Of a DNA stretch of 64,000 nucleotides, positions 1 through 9,976 are shown in pieces. The stretch spans positions 34,755 to 98,754 of the forward strand of contig DBZK01000010.1 in assembly GCA_002311135.1 (NCBI GenBank). Reading direction: 5' to 3'. Position 1 is the first letter of the stretch; each line of letters starts with the position of its first letter. The translations under genes were made by a program, and so were the position numbers. This DNA is from Dehalococcoidia bacterium UBA1162 (GTDB lineage: Bacteria; Chloroflexota; Dehalococcoidia; GIF9; UBA5629). The notes beneath the pieces are model-generated. The model saw nothing but the letters and a program-made list of their open reading frames with translations, searched no databases and was not told where the DNA came from.

Positions 1-65
1 GCTACTACGATTCTGTACATTGGCTTATGTCGGGCGCCTATTCTTCTTAACCTGATTTTTACCAT
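1..65 (-). CDS. rpsP: 30S ribosomal protein S16, 5' part (runs off window start)
   Basis: Manual translation from ATG at 65: MVKIRLRRIGARHKPMYRIVV, the typical S16 N-terminus; not in the ORF track. Confidence 0.93.
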   Translation of the reverse strand, partial: MVKIRLRRIGARHKPMYRIVV

Positions 66-204
66 GATCTCAGTCTAACTTAATTAGTCCTCCATTTTTA
101 TTCGCTATTATGCATGAAGCATATGTACCTGTCAACAATATCACCGATTGACCCACACTCGTTTTGACTGGAAACAAGAATAGTTTCCCAAATGAAAAGC
201 GGTT

Positions 205-669
205 TTATTCCACTGTAAAGGGAATGGATAGCTTTTCGACGCCGTTTACCGATATGACCACCTTATAATCGCCTTTGTCCCAACTGCCGGCATTGGGCGC
301 ATCGAGATAAAATGCCAGATAGTAGCTGCTGGAATCACTCTGCACAACAGTGTAAGTCTCATTTATCAGGGTATTCTCTTTACCCACAGCTTCGCCCTTA
401 AGATAATACCAGCTTGCTTTAATCATATCTTGGGGAGCAACGCCGGATACCTTAAATGAACAGTAAATCGCTTTGGTGTCGGGAGCGAATGAGGTCCTGA
501 CAGGGCTGGTCGGCATGGAGTCGTTATCGACTGAGGTTGTCATAACACCAGCAGTTACAGACGAATTACTGGGCTTGGCGGCTGGAGTGGCGCTTCCCCC
601 GCCTGAGCACGCCGAAACAAAACATAAAGCTGCAAGGATGGCGATCATAAAAGCTGATTTCGATTTCAT
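205..669 (-). CDS. Hypothetical lipoprotein, probably a beta-sandwich domain
   Basis: Signal peptide with lipobox (VSAC), Ser/Gly/Pro linker, beta-rich C-terminus. Confidence 0.7.
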   Translation of the reverse strand: MKSKSAFMIAILAALCFVSACSGGGSATPAAKPSNSSVTAGVMTTSVDNDSMPTSPVRTSFAPDTKAIYCSFKVSGVAPQDMIKASWYYLKGEAVGKENTLINETYTVVQSDSSSYYLAFYLDAPNAGSWDKGDYKVVISVNGVEKLSIPFTVE

Positions 670-735
670 ATATTTACTCCGGGCCTTACGTTAATCTATG
701 CAATTGTCCCGTATGCAATTTTAGAACCAACCATA

Positions 736-1626
736 TTAATTTTCAATTTTCGTAGGTACATAAGTGCTGTAGGAAAGGCCAACCAACCCGGGACCGGTAT
801 GCACACCCATTACAGGAGTGAAATCCTGAATATATACCTGCCGGCAGGATGGCCGGCGACTGATTTCCTGTGATAGCACATTTGCTTCCTCCGCCGCATT
901 GGTATGCTGGATCATTGCCCGAAAAGGTTGGCTTCCCGTCCTGTGTTTCAAGATCTCAACAATCTGTGCCATAGCCTTTTGCCTGCTGCGGGCACGCCCC
1001 AACAACATAACTCCGCGGCCTAAAGGCCGTAACTCGATTATGGGCTTGATTTTGAGCAGTGAATTAGCCCACGCCACCACCTGGGGGACTCTCCCACCCC
1101 TGGCAAGGTATTCAAGCGTTTCAAGAAACACTACTACATGAACATCCTGCATTGCATCCCTGGCAACTTGCAAAACGCCGTCCAGATTACCACTGTCCTG
1201 TGCCTGGAGCGCAGCATCCAGGACAACAAATCCCTGTGCTCCGGCGGCCGTCCCACTATCCAGCACTTCCACTGCAGTCGTATAGGCTTTTTCCTTAAAT
1301 AGCCGGGCGGCGATTGTGGCTGATTCATATACATGCGTCAGTTTTGTGGAAGGGCATATTACCAGGACATCCTTCCCCTCCGCCGCCAATTCTTCATAGA
1401 TTTCCAGGAAAGTTTCGGGCGGCGGTGCACTGGTCGTTGCAAGCTCATCTGAATCTGCGAACATCTGGTAGAAACTGGAAGCTGTGAGGTCTATGCCATC
1501 GCGATAAACCCGGCCCTTATAAATAACCTCAAGCGGCACCACCCTGATCTTATAATTCTCTATGACGTCCCTGGGCAAACAGGCGACAGTATCGGTAACG
1601 ATGGCAACGGGCATCCCCCTATCCAC
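736..1626 (-). CDS. DegV family fatty-acid-binding protein
   Basis: VAIVTD, TTSAP, DSGTAAGAQG, YLARGGR, GVHTGPG motifs. Confidence 0.93.
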   Translation of the reverse strand: MDRGMPVAIVTDTVACLPRDVIENYKIRVVPLEVIYKGRVYRDGIDLTASSFYQMFADSDELATTSAPPPETFLEIYEELAAEGKDVLVICPSTKLTHVYESATIAARLFKEKAYTTAVEVLDSGTAAGAQGFVVLDAALQAQDSGNLDGVLQVARDAMQDVHVVVFLETLEYLARGGRVPQVVAWANSLLKIKPIIELRPLGRGVMLLGRARSRQKAMAQIVEILKHRTGSQPFRAMIQHTNAAEEANVLSQEISRRPSCRQVYIQDFTPVMGVHTGPGLVGLSYSTYVPTKIEN

Positions 1627-1726
1627 CTTCTGCCTTATTTTTACTGCGATGTAAAAACATTTTGCTCTTCATGGCACGCTATTACCGCTGCCGGGCTCTC
1701 GTGCTGCGAAAAGCAGCATGGAGACA

Positions 1727-2449
1727 TCACTTTACTTTAGATTTAGCGCCGAAAGGACATACTTGGACGCAAATGCCGCAGGCCTCAATGCCTAACTTTT
1801 GTTTACGTTCCTGCCAGATATATTGCAAACACTTATGGGCATCCATCCTGGCTGCCCTGGGCTCTTTGGAGTCGAAATTCCGCCCGGTGAAGGCCCCCGC
1901 AGGGCAACTTGAAACGCAAAGGTTACAGCCTCCGCACCCTTTGCCGGCGTAAGGCTGGCCGGCCGGGGTCACGAAATCGGTAAGCACCGTACCCCACCTC
2001 ACCCTCGAACCACGGTCGGGAGTTATCAACAGGCAACTCTTGCCTATCCATCCAAGCCCGGCAAGATTGGCTGCCTTCTTGTGTGAAAATAGACCCGCCA
2101 GATTTGGAGCATCTACGGTGTGGCTGGCAGGAATAGCCAGAGCTTGATATCCCGCTTGCGTGAGCGCGCCGGCTACGGAAAGTGTAATATCGTTAATGCG
2201 CGGATTTATAACCTCGTAAACATGATACCTGTAATTGTTGAGCGCAAAGAGATCGTCGGTATTCTTTAGCGCATCAACTATATCATCGAGCAAAGGAAAA
2301 CCTATGGATATTGCGGTTTTGTACCTGGAAATTAATTTTGATTCGTATGCGGAGGCAGTGTCATTCCCGGCCCGTTCAAGATCGGCCACTCCCAGGTAAG
2401 CGGCACCCATCGCCAGTGTTATCTTTTTGATCTTTTGTCTCAGTTCCAA
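1727..2449 (-). CDS. QueG-like 4Fe-4S double-cluster protein
   Basis: HKKAANLAGLGWIGKS, VLTD, CxxCxxCxxxCP and CGICVQVCP; no Tat signal. Confidence 0.8.
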   Translation of the reverse strand: MELRQKIKKITLAMGAAYLGVADLERAGNDTASAYESKLISRYKTAISIGFPLLDDIVDALKNTDDLFALNNYRYHVYEVINPRINDITLSVAGALTQAGYQALAIPASHTVDAPNLAGLFSHKKAANLAGLGWIGKSCLLITPDRGSRVRWGTVLTDFVTPAGQPYAGKGCGGCNLCVSSCPAGAFTGRNFDSKEPRAARMDAHKCLQYIWQERKQKLGIEACGICVQVCPFGAKSKVK

Positions 2450-2558
2450 GTGAACCAGCCTCTCATGTTCTTATGCAAATATTACCCGCAAAATGCAACC
2501 ATGTAAATCAAAGGACGTTATTTGTATTATGCAGTATCCAGCCATTATAATCAGCTTT

Positions 2559-3245
2559 ATGGAAATCGAGGGGATGCATGGTTGGGATCTCAAACCCCCA
2601 GAAGCCCGTTTATTGCAAGAGATGTTAGCCGGCAACGTAGTCCGCTCAAATATCGCCATCAGACCCCAAACAATCGCTGGCATCGACGTATCAGTATCAC
2701 GTTTTTCCAGGACGGGGCGTGCGGCCGTTGTTGTCTTAAGCTATCCTTCCCTGGAACTGATCGATATTGCCACTGCTGAAGACGAAATCAACTTCCCTTA
2801 TATACCCGGGCTGCTTTCATTCAGGGAAGCACCGCTGGTCATCAAAGCCTTCCAAAAGTTGAATTGCAGGCCGGACATGATCATGGTGGATGGACAAGGC
2901 ATTGCCCACCCGCGCCGGTTGGGGATTGCCTCTCACCTGGGGCTTTTCATGGATATTATCAGCATTGGATGCGCTAAATCCCGTTTAATCGGCACACATG
3001 ATAGCTTGCCACCGGAGAAGGGGGCCTCTAAACCCCTGATTGACCAGGATGAGATAATCGGCGCTGTAGTCAGGACGAAGCATGCCGTCAACCCTCTCTT
3101 TATCTCGATCGGCCATAAGATCGATCTGAACCAATCCGTATCATTTGTTCTCAGTTGCTGCCGCGGCTTCCGCCTTCCTGAACCTACCAGGCTGGCGCAT
3201 ATGGCAGCCTGCGGAACGCTAAAATCCAACAAACTTGTAAGTTAA
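2559..3245 (+). CDS. nfi: Endonuclease V
   Basis: AGIDVS, FPYIPGLLSFRE, VDGQGIAHPRRLGIASHLG, RLPEPTRLAH; start placed at ATG 2559, 7 nt after TATAAT. Confidence 0.95.
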   Translation: MEIEGMHGWDLKPPEARLLQEMLAGNVVRSNIAIRPQTIAGIDVSVSRFSRTGRAAVVVLSYPSLELIDIATAEDEINFPYIPGLLSFREAPLVIKAFQKLNCRPDMIMVDGQGIAHPRRLGIASHLGLFMDIISIGCAKSRLIGTHDSLPPEKGASKPLIDQDEIIGAVVRTKHAVNPLFISIGHKIDLNQSVSFVLSCCRGFRLPEPTRLAHMAACGTLKSNKLVS

Positions 3246-3262
3246 TATAACAGGAAAGAACT

Positions 3263-4367
3263 ATGCTGGAAGAAAAGAACCGGATCGAAGAGCTTCACCG
3301 CAGGATATCTGCGATTATGGAGCATCTTTGACATCGCAGGCAAAGAAAAGGAACTGGCGGCCCTGGAGGCAAAGACATCTGACCCACAATTCTGGTCGGA
3401 CCAGCAGAAAGCCCAGCTTATAATGAAGCAGATAGGCGCACTCAAAGATAGCGTCTCGACCTGGAACGAGATCAGTAAGAAGTCCTCTGAAATCTCCGAG
3501 GTCATTAATATCGCACTGGCGGAAAACGATGAGTCGCTCAAAGACGATATCCAGAAGGAAATCGACAGGCTCACTTCCCTCTTCGATGAAATGGAGACCC
3601 AGCTTATGCTGGATGGGCCCTACGATGCCAGGGACGCCATCTTGGCGGTGCATTCCGGGGCGGGGGGGACCGAGTCGCAGGACTGGGCGCAGATGCTGAT
3701 ACGCATGTTCCTGCGCTGGGCTGAACGGCGCAAATTCAAAGCCGATGTGCTGGATGTGTCGCCCGGCGACGAAGCCGGCATCAAGAACGCCACTATCGAG
3801 ATTAAGGGCAACTTCGCTTTCGGCAACCTCAAATCCGAACATGGTGTGCACAGGCTGGTGAGGCTGTCACCGTTCGACGCCGACCATGCCAGGCATACAT
3901 CATTCGCGTTGGTGGAAGTCATGCCGGTCGCCGAAGAAAAGACGGACCTGCAGATAAGTCCCGATGATATTAGGATCGATACATTCCGCTCCAGCGGCCC
4001 GGGAGGCCAGCATATGCAAAAGACCAGCAGCGCGGTTAGAATTACACATATACCGTCGGGGCTGGTGGTAAGCTGCCAGAGCGAGCGGTCGCAGCACCAG
4101 AATAAGGAAAGCGCCCTGAGGGTATTATATGCTCGCCTGCTTGAACTGGAGATCGAAACAAGGGCGCAGGAGCAGGCCAAGATCAAAGGCAAACGAATAG
4201 ACGCCGGCTGGGGCAACCAGATACGCAGCTACGTTCTGCAGCCCTACAAAATGGTCAAGGATCACAGGACTGAACATGAGACCAGCAACACAACCGCGGT
4301 GCTGGATGGATATATAGATGATTTCATAAACGCCTACCTGCGCTCGAAAGTTGGAGAAGATAAATGA
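3263..4367 (+). CDS. prfB: Peptide chain release factor 2 with programmed +1 frameshift
   Basis: ATG 3263 reads 22 codons to CTT-TGA-C (3326-3332); the +1 frame joins the 3423..4367 ORF with SPF and GGQ motifs. Confidence 0.96.
3319..3332 (+). promoter_or_regulatory. prfB +1 frameshift site
   Basis: GGAG-CAT-CTT-TGA-C: internal SD-like GGAG 3 nt before the slippery codon. Confidence 0.93.
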
Positions 4368-5569
4368 TCAGGAAAGTCTCAATTATATTAATCGTCATAC
4401 TGGCACTTTTTATACCGACGGCAGCCTCGGCTGACAGCGGCATCAAGCTAATAAGTTCAGATACCAAGGTGGATTTCCCAGCTTCACTGACATTTAACAT
4501 CAAGGCCGAAAGCCAGGCGCCGATAACACGTATCAGGCTGCGCTATACAGTAGATCAGATGACATATACGCCCACCTTTGCAGAGGTATGGCCCGATTTT
4601 AAGCCGGATAAAAGCGTCTCCACGAGTTGGAGCTGGGACATGCGTACCGGCGACCTGCCGCCGGGCGCCAAAGTAGATTACTGGTGGGTCATCGAGGACA
4701 GCTCCGGAAACAAGTTGACCACCCCGCAACAGACTGTTTCCTTCGATGATACCAACCACAAGTGGATGCAGGTCAACGACGATAATATATCTGTCCATTG
4801 GTACGAGGGCGATACGGACTTTGCCAACAGCCTGCTCAAAGCAGCGGTTACCGCTAAAAATATACAGGAGCACGATACCGGCGCATCGATTGACCAGCCG
4901 GTAAACGTGTATATATATGGCAGCCAACCGGACCTTCTAAACTCCATGATATCGGCCCAGGAATGGACGGGAGGAAGGGCCCGCCCGGAGTTCAATACTA
5001 TATTGCTGTTCGTCTCCCCCTCCGATCTGGATTGGGGTGAGAAAGCGGTAGCCCATGAGATGGGCCACCTGGTAACGCATCAGATTACGTCGAGTCCCTA
5101 CGGTGATGATCTTCCTCCGTGGTTGGACGAGGGGCTGGCCATGCACGCAGAGGGTGCACAAAGCGATTCAGATATTTCCTTGCTGAAAGACGCAATCTCC
5201 GCCGGCAACATACCCAGCCTGCAATCGCTCTCAAGCCCTTTTTCGGCTGATCCTCAGGAGGCTTACGTCGACTATGCAGAAAGCCAGAGTGTTATTGATT
5301 TCCTGATAAATAAATTCGGCAATGACAAGATGAACCAACTGCTGGTCAACGTGAACAATGGCTATTCCATGGACGATGCGTTAACGAAAGTATATGGGCT
5401 AAATTTGGACGATCTTTATTCCGCCTGGCTCAAATATATGACACCCGCATCTAACGGCGATGAAGTCCATCACAACATCACACGGCTTGAATCGCCCTCC
5501 ACACCTGTGGCCATCGGCATGTTTTTCCTAAGCCCGCAGCAAATCGAAGTCGCCGCAGGAGCAATTTAA
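4364..5569 (+). CDS. Secreted gluzincin (peptidase MA-like) metallopeptidase
   Basis: Signal peptide, HEMGH, WLDEGLA; ATGA overlap with prfB stop. Confidence 0.85.
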   Translation: MIRKVSIILIVILALFIPTAASADSGIKLISSDTKVDFPASLTFNIKAESQAPITRIRLRYTVDQMTYTPTFAEVWPDFKPDKSVSTSWSWDMRTGDLPPGAKVDYWWVIEDSSGNKLTTPQQTVSFDDTNHKWMQVNDDNISVHWYEGDTDFANSLLKAAVTAKNIQEHDTGASIDQPVNVYIYGSQPDLLNSMISAQEWTGGRARPEFNTILLFVSPSDLDWGEKAVAHEMGHLVTHQITSSPYGDDLPPWLDEGLAMHAEGAQSDSDISLLKDAISAGNIPSLQSLSSPFSADPQEAYVDYAESQSVIDFLINKFGNDKMNQLLVNVNNGYSMDDALTKVYGLNLDDLYSAWLKYMTPASNGDEVHHNITRLESPSTPVAIGMFFLSPQQIEVAAGAI

Positions 5570-5574
5570 GGCAC

Positions 5575-6261
5575 ATGGAGAAATCATTTACCATGCACGA
5601 TCTGCCCATGTCGGAGAGGCCGCGTGAGCGTCTGCAGAAGCACGGGGCGGAAGCCCTTTCCACGGCGGAACTGCTGGCTCTGCTCATGGGCAGAGGAACC
5701 AGGGGACAGCCGGTAATGCTGACCGCTCAAAAATTGCTGTCCAAATTCGGCAACCTGCAAAATATCGGCTCGGCATCGATCGAAGAGCTATCTGAAATAG
5801 AGGGCATCGGCCCGGCCAAGGCCTGCCAGATCAAGGCTGCCTTGGAGCTGTCCAAAAGAATGGATGCCCCCGATTACAAGAAAGGCAGGCCCGTAAAATC
5901 ACCCGAGGAAGCTGTAGATTCGATCAGGAGCATGCTCAAAGGCAAGAAAAAAGAGCACTTTTACCTCCTTTGCCTGGACACAAGAAACCGTGTTACTAAC
6001 GTGGATCAGATCTCAATTGGAAACCTGGACAGCAGCATCGTCCACCCCCGCGAGGTATTTAAAACTGCCATTTCCTGTCTGGCGGCATCCGTTATTTTCG
6101 TGCATAACCATCCCTCCGGCGACCTGGAGCCGTCGTCAGAGGATATAAACCTTACCAAACGACTGACTGAGGCGGGTGAACTGGTGGGCATTCCCGTCCT
6201 TGACCATATCATAGTCTGCGATAAAGACTTCACAAGCTTGAAATCAAGGAATTTAATTTGA
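5575..6261 (+). CDS. radC: RadC/JAB-domain protein
   Basis: ERPRERL, HhH GIGPAKA, VHPREVF, HNHPSG, LDHII. Confidence 0.95.
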   Translation: MEKSFTMHDLPMSERPRERLQKHGAEALSTAELLALLMGRGTRGQPVMLTAQKLLSKFGNLQNIGSASIEELSEIEGIGPAKACQIKAALELSKRMDAPDYKKGRPVKSPEEAVDSIRSMLKGKKKEHFYLLCLDTRNRVTNVDQISIGNLDSSIVHPREVFKTAISCLAASVIFVHNHPSGDLEPSSEDINLTKRLTEAGELVGIPVLDHIIVCDKDFTSLKSRNLI

Positions 6262-6270
6262 GGTCAATGT

Positions 6271-7884
6271 ATGTTCAGAAAACAACTTTTTAACTTTCTC
6301 GGCATAATTACCATCGTAGTTTGCCTGCTGGCCGCGGCACCCGGCTGTAGTCTATTAACGAAAGCCACCGAAAATATACCTCTGGAGCAACTTTCGGGCC
6401 CGACCCTGAACCTGTGGGACCAGGGGCCCCTGACGCTCGACCCGGCCATCTCGAGTGAGATGGCATCCCAAATTTACATCTTGCATATTTTCAGCGGCCT
6501 GGTAAGGTTCGACTCCGATCTGAAGCCGGTCCCCGATATAGCCGATCACTGGAATATCAGCGATGACGGAAAAACCTATACCTTCTACCTGCGCAACGAT
6601 GTGAAATTCCACGATGGAAGGCCATTGACGGCGCAGGATTTTAAGTTCTCTCTGGAGAGGGCCTGTAACCCTGCCACGGGCTCTCAGACAGCCTCCACTT
6701 ATCTAAATGACATAGTGGGCGCCCCTGAAATGATCAGCGGGAAAGCGGACAATTTGAGCGGGGTGACAATAGTTGATGACTACACGCTGAAAATCACCAT
6801 CGATGCCCCCAAGGCCTATTTCCTATCCAAACTTGCTTACCCGACCGCCTTTGCCGTGGATAAGAAAAACGTAGAATCCGGCCCCAACTGGTGGAAGAAG
6901 CCCGTCGGGACCGGCCCCTACAAGCTTACGAAATGGGACGAGGGATCGTTAATACTCCTACAGCCAAATGAATACTATTACGGCGAGAAAGGTAAGGTCA
7001 ATGTGGCATTTAATCTGTTATCCGGAATGCCAATGTCGCTTTATGAGACCGGCAAGATAGACGTGGTTGATGTTTACAAGAACAATATCGACCGTGCCAT
7101 GGATAAAGAGGGCCCGTTCTATGACCAGTTGCACATCTACCCCGAGTTCAGCCTGCAATACATAGGGTTCAATACCAGTAAACCGCCTTTTGATGACGTG
7201 TACGTCAGGCAGGCCTTTTGTTACGCAGTGAATAAGGACCGCATCATTAGCGTTCTGCAAAAGAACATGGTTGCCGCAGCCGGCGGCATCATACCGCCCG
7301 GCATGCCGGGCTATAACAAGGATGTTAAGGGACTGAACTATGACCCGGACAAGGCCAGAGAATTGCTGGCGAAATCAAAATATGGCTCGGCGGACAAACT
7401 GCCTCCCATCACCATGACCATGCCCGGGACCGGAGCCAATGTAGACGATTTCATCGGCGCAATTCTGCTGGACTGGAAACAAAACCTGGGCGTCACGGTC
7501 AACGTGAGGCTGCTGGACCCCCTGGTATTTAATTATCACCTGTTCGACGAAGGAGATGAGATATATACCCTGGGTTGGATAGCCGACTATCCCGATCCCG
7601 AGGACTTCCTTAACACACTGTTCTACACCGGCAGCCAATGGAACAACAGCCATTATTCCAACAAGGATTTGGACGCTTTATTGGACCGCGCTGCGGTGGA
7701 TATGGACCAAAACGAGCGTACGACGCTTTATCAGCAGGCAGAGCAACTAGTGGTAGACCAGGCGCCGGTCCTTCCGTTGTGGTTCAGCAAAAATTATATC
7801 CTGGTTAATCCCCGGGTACACGGTTTTGATATCGATCCGCTGGGCGTACCCCACCTCAACCTGGTTACACTGGGACAACCTTAG
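6271..7884 (+). CDS. Peptide ABC transporter substrate-binding lipoprotein (family 5)
   Basis: Lipobox, TLDPA, VKFHDG, GTGPYKL, GWIADYPDP. Confidence 0.92.
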   Translation: MFRKQLFNFLGIITIVVCLLAAAPGCSLLTKATENIPLEQLSGPTLNLWDQGPLTLDPAISSEMASQIYILHIFSGLVRFDSDLKPVPDIADHWNISDDGKTYTFYLRNDVKFHDGRPLTAQDFKFSLERACNPATGSQTASTYLNDIVGAPEMISGKADNLSGVTIVDDYTLKITIDAPKAYFLSKLAYPTAFAVDKKNVESGPNWWKKPVGTGPYKLTKWDEGSLILLQPNEYYYGEKGKVNVAFNLLSGMPMSLYETGKIDVVDVYKNNIDRAMDKEGPFYDQLHIYPEFSLQYIGFNTSKPPFDDVYVRQAFCYAVNKDRIISVLQKNMVAAAGGIIPPGMPGYNKDVKGLNYDPDKARELLAKSKYGSADKLPPITMTMPGTGANVDDFIGAILLDWKQNLGVTVNVRLLDPLVFNYHLFDEGDEIYTLGWIADYPDPEDFLNTLFYTGSQWNNSHYSNKDLDALLDRAAVDMDQNERTTLYQQAEQLVVDQAPVLPLWFSKNYILVNPRVHGFDIDPLGVPHLNLVTLGQP

Positions 7885-7911
7885 CCGGTATCATTAAAAG
7901 GAGACAATACT

Positions 7912-8346
7912 ATGGTGAAGAAAAATTTGCTGGAAGCGCCCTGCGGCATTCACTGCGGTTTGTGTCCTCTGCACCTTGCCATTACTGACGAGGCCTTAAG
8001 AAAACGCCTTGCCGAGAGGTTGAATATGCCGCCGGACAAAGTGGTTTGCCCGGGATGCCGGGCCGTCGACGGTTTCTGCCCTGTAATATCGGAGCAATGC
8101 GCCACATGGCTATGTGTAAAGAAAAAGGGAGTCGAGTTCTGCTGCGAGTGTGCCGATTTCCCCTGCGTTAAACTGGCGCCCTGCGCCGACAAAGCACCGC
8201 TGCGCCCCCACAATATCAAGGTCTACAGCCTGACGCTCAGAAAGACGAAAGGGGCTTACGAGTGGAGCAAAGCCATCGTGGAAATCTATAATCTTTACTA
8301 TAAGGGCGAGATGGTTATAGGCCGCGGCCCTGTTTTAAAGCAGTAA
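7912..8346 (+). CDS. DUF3795-like cysteine-rich protein
   Basis: APCGIHCGLC, CPGCR, FCCECADFPC. Confidence 0.8.
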   Translation: MVKKNLLEAPCGIHCGLCPLHLAITDEALRKRLAERLNMPPDKVVCPGCRAVDGFCPVISEQCATWLCVKKKGVEFCCECADFPCVKLAPCADKAPLRPHNIKVYSLTLRKTKGAYEWSKAIVEIYNLYYKGEMVIGRGPVLKQ

Positions 8347-8353
8347 CAATCCT

Positions 8354-9976
8354 CTAACCCCAAAGGTCGTCCAGGCCGTCCGTTTTGTGTGCTTTTTCCC
8401 CGGATGAAGTCGGGCCCAGTTCTTTATAAGAGTCCGCCGAACCGTATTCCCTGACCTTAACCACTACCGGCATCGGCAGGGCATGGCCGAAGATTAATGC
8501 CTGTTGCTTCGATTCGAGCTTGGACAGTACCGCTTTGAGCTCGCTCTTACCCGATACGCCGGTCAGCACCGTATCCACGTCCTTTTCATTATCCAAAAGG
8601 CAGGTGATCTTGGTGCCGAGCTGGGACATCACCTCTTCATCGATGCCGCTGGGCCGCTGGTCGATTACCAGCATGGTAACGTTGTATTTGCGCATCTCAC
8701 GGGCGATCTTGCCGAAGATGGTCTGCGAAGAGATTTCCGGGCTAAGAAAGCGGTGAGCCTCTTCGATGGTTATTACAAGCTGGTCCGGTTTTTTAGTATC
8801 GGCCGACGTGGCGATATCCACCATTTCACGATAGCGGTCATAAATACGCCTGGTCAGCAGGTTGGCCACCAGCACATAGGCCGCAATATCGTCGTAGCCG
8901 CCGAACTGCAGCACCACGCTCTTGCCGTGGCTGATATACTCCAGAATTGTGGTGACGGTATTCTCGGGCGCGTGTGGTACCAGGAATTTGAAGCGCTGCA
9001 GCATTCTGAGCCCACGTAGAAGGTTCTTCCAGGTGCTTTCGGCAATATCATGATTGCTTGCAAATTCCTTATCGCCCGAATCGAATAAATCCAGGGCCGA
9101 CTGCAGCCATTTATCATCGCCGAAGTGCCTGGCCAGTTCATAGACAGCCTGCACCGCAAGGTCGGTGAGGTTGAGTACGCTGCGCAGCATCTGCATATCT
9201 TCAGGCTCGATCTCATCGTAGCCGATCTTGACGACGAAATCCGATTTAACCTTCCTGCGCTGGTCGTATTTCTCATCCAGGGAAAAAACCGCCACTTTGC
9301 CCGGAAAGAGCTGTTTCAAACCTTTGACTTTGTGGTCCTTCTCGCTGGTGCCCTCCCAGCCATATTCGTTGTGCATATCAAAGATCAGGCTGGTAGTGCG
9401 GCTTTTTTGCAACATGCCGATCAATAAGAGACGCGTAAGGAAGGTCTTGCCCGTTCCGCTCTTGCCGAAAACGCCGTTGGACCGCTTGACCAACTCCTCC
9501 ATGTCCAGGCAGATACGGGTCTCCATATCCAGCGGGGTGCCGACATAGAACCTCTGTTTATCCTCCTTCCCGAAAACCATTTCGACGTCGGACTGCGAGG
9601 CCAGCTCTACCCCGGCGAAGTGAGGGGGCACCGTTTTAGCGGGCTGCGGGCCTTCTGTATCGCCGGCAATACCGCTGATAGTCAGCATGGGCAGAACGCT
9701 CAGTTTACCGTATGTGGTCGTCCCGCAGACTACTTTAGCTATGAAAGGATCGGATATATCGGGGGGCATCACCATGGCGCGTGGGTCCACCGCTTCCAGG
9801 CTGATATCCGTAATCATTCCGAAGAAGCGCTTCTTCTCGCCCTGTATTGCCACATAGCGCCCTACCGTCACGTCCTCAACCGATCTGGCCGGGTCCAGTT
9901 TAACATGCACGCCCTGCGTCAAAGAACCGTAAATAACAGTGCCCAACCTTACATTAGCTTTTTCGTTTTCAGTCAT
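8354..9976 (-). CDS. herA: HerA-family ATPase/DNA translocase
   Basis: N-terminal HAS-barrel-like region, Walker A GKSGTGKT, DMHNEY, Walker B IEEAH, REMRKY, QRPS. Confidence 0.88.
   Translation of the reverse strand: MTENEKANVRLGTVIYGSLTQGVHVKLDPARSVEDVTVGRYVAIQGEKKRFFGMITDISLEAVDPRAMVMPPDISDPFIAKVVCGTTTYGKLSVLPMLTISGIAGDTEGPQPAKTVPPHFAGVELASQSDVEMVFGKEDKQRFYVGTPLDMETRICLDMEELVKRSNGVFGKSGTGKTFLTRLLLIGMLQKSRTTSLIFDMHNEYGWEGTSEKDHKVKGLKQLFPGKVAVFSLDEKYDQRRKVKSDFVVKIGYDEIEPEDMQMLRSVLNLTDLAVQAVYELARHFGDDKWLQSALDLFDSGDKEFASNHDIAESTWKNLLRGLRMLQRFKFLVPHAPENTVTTILEYISHGKSVVLQFGGYDDIAAYVLVANLLTRRIYDRYREMVDIATSADTKKPDQLVITIEEAHRFLSPEISSQTIFGKIAREMRKYNVTMLVIDQRPSGIDEEVMSQLGTKITCLLDNEKDVDTVLTGVSGKSELKAVLSKLESKQQALIFGHALPMPVVVKVREYGSADSYKELGPTSSGEKAHKTDGLDDLWG

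Noticed and set aside
697-720. Direct repeat TATGCAATT twice upstream of the lipoprotein gene
   Set aside because: Short, AT-rich and only two copies; cannot be separated from chance
1727-2449. Reductive dehalogenase (rdhA)
   Set aside because: Shares the corrinoid/Fe-S C-terminal motifs but is only 240 aa, with no Tat signal and no rdhB; better called QueG-like
3329-3331. Selenocysteine codon or pseudogene-causing stop in prfB
   Set aside because: Explained by the canonical RF2 +1 frameshift
3315-3851. 178-aa minus-strand ORF
   Set aside because: Antisense shadow of prfB
5575-6261. radC as a marker of a mobile element
   Set aside because: Full-length HhH plus JAB chromosomal type in a housekeeping context with no integrase
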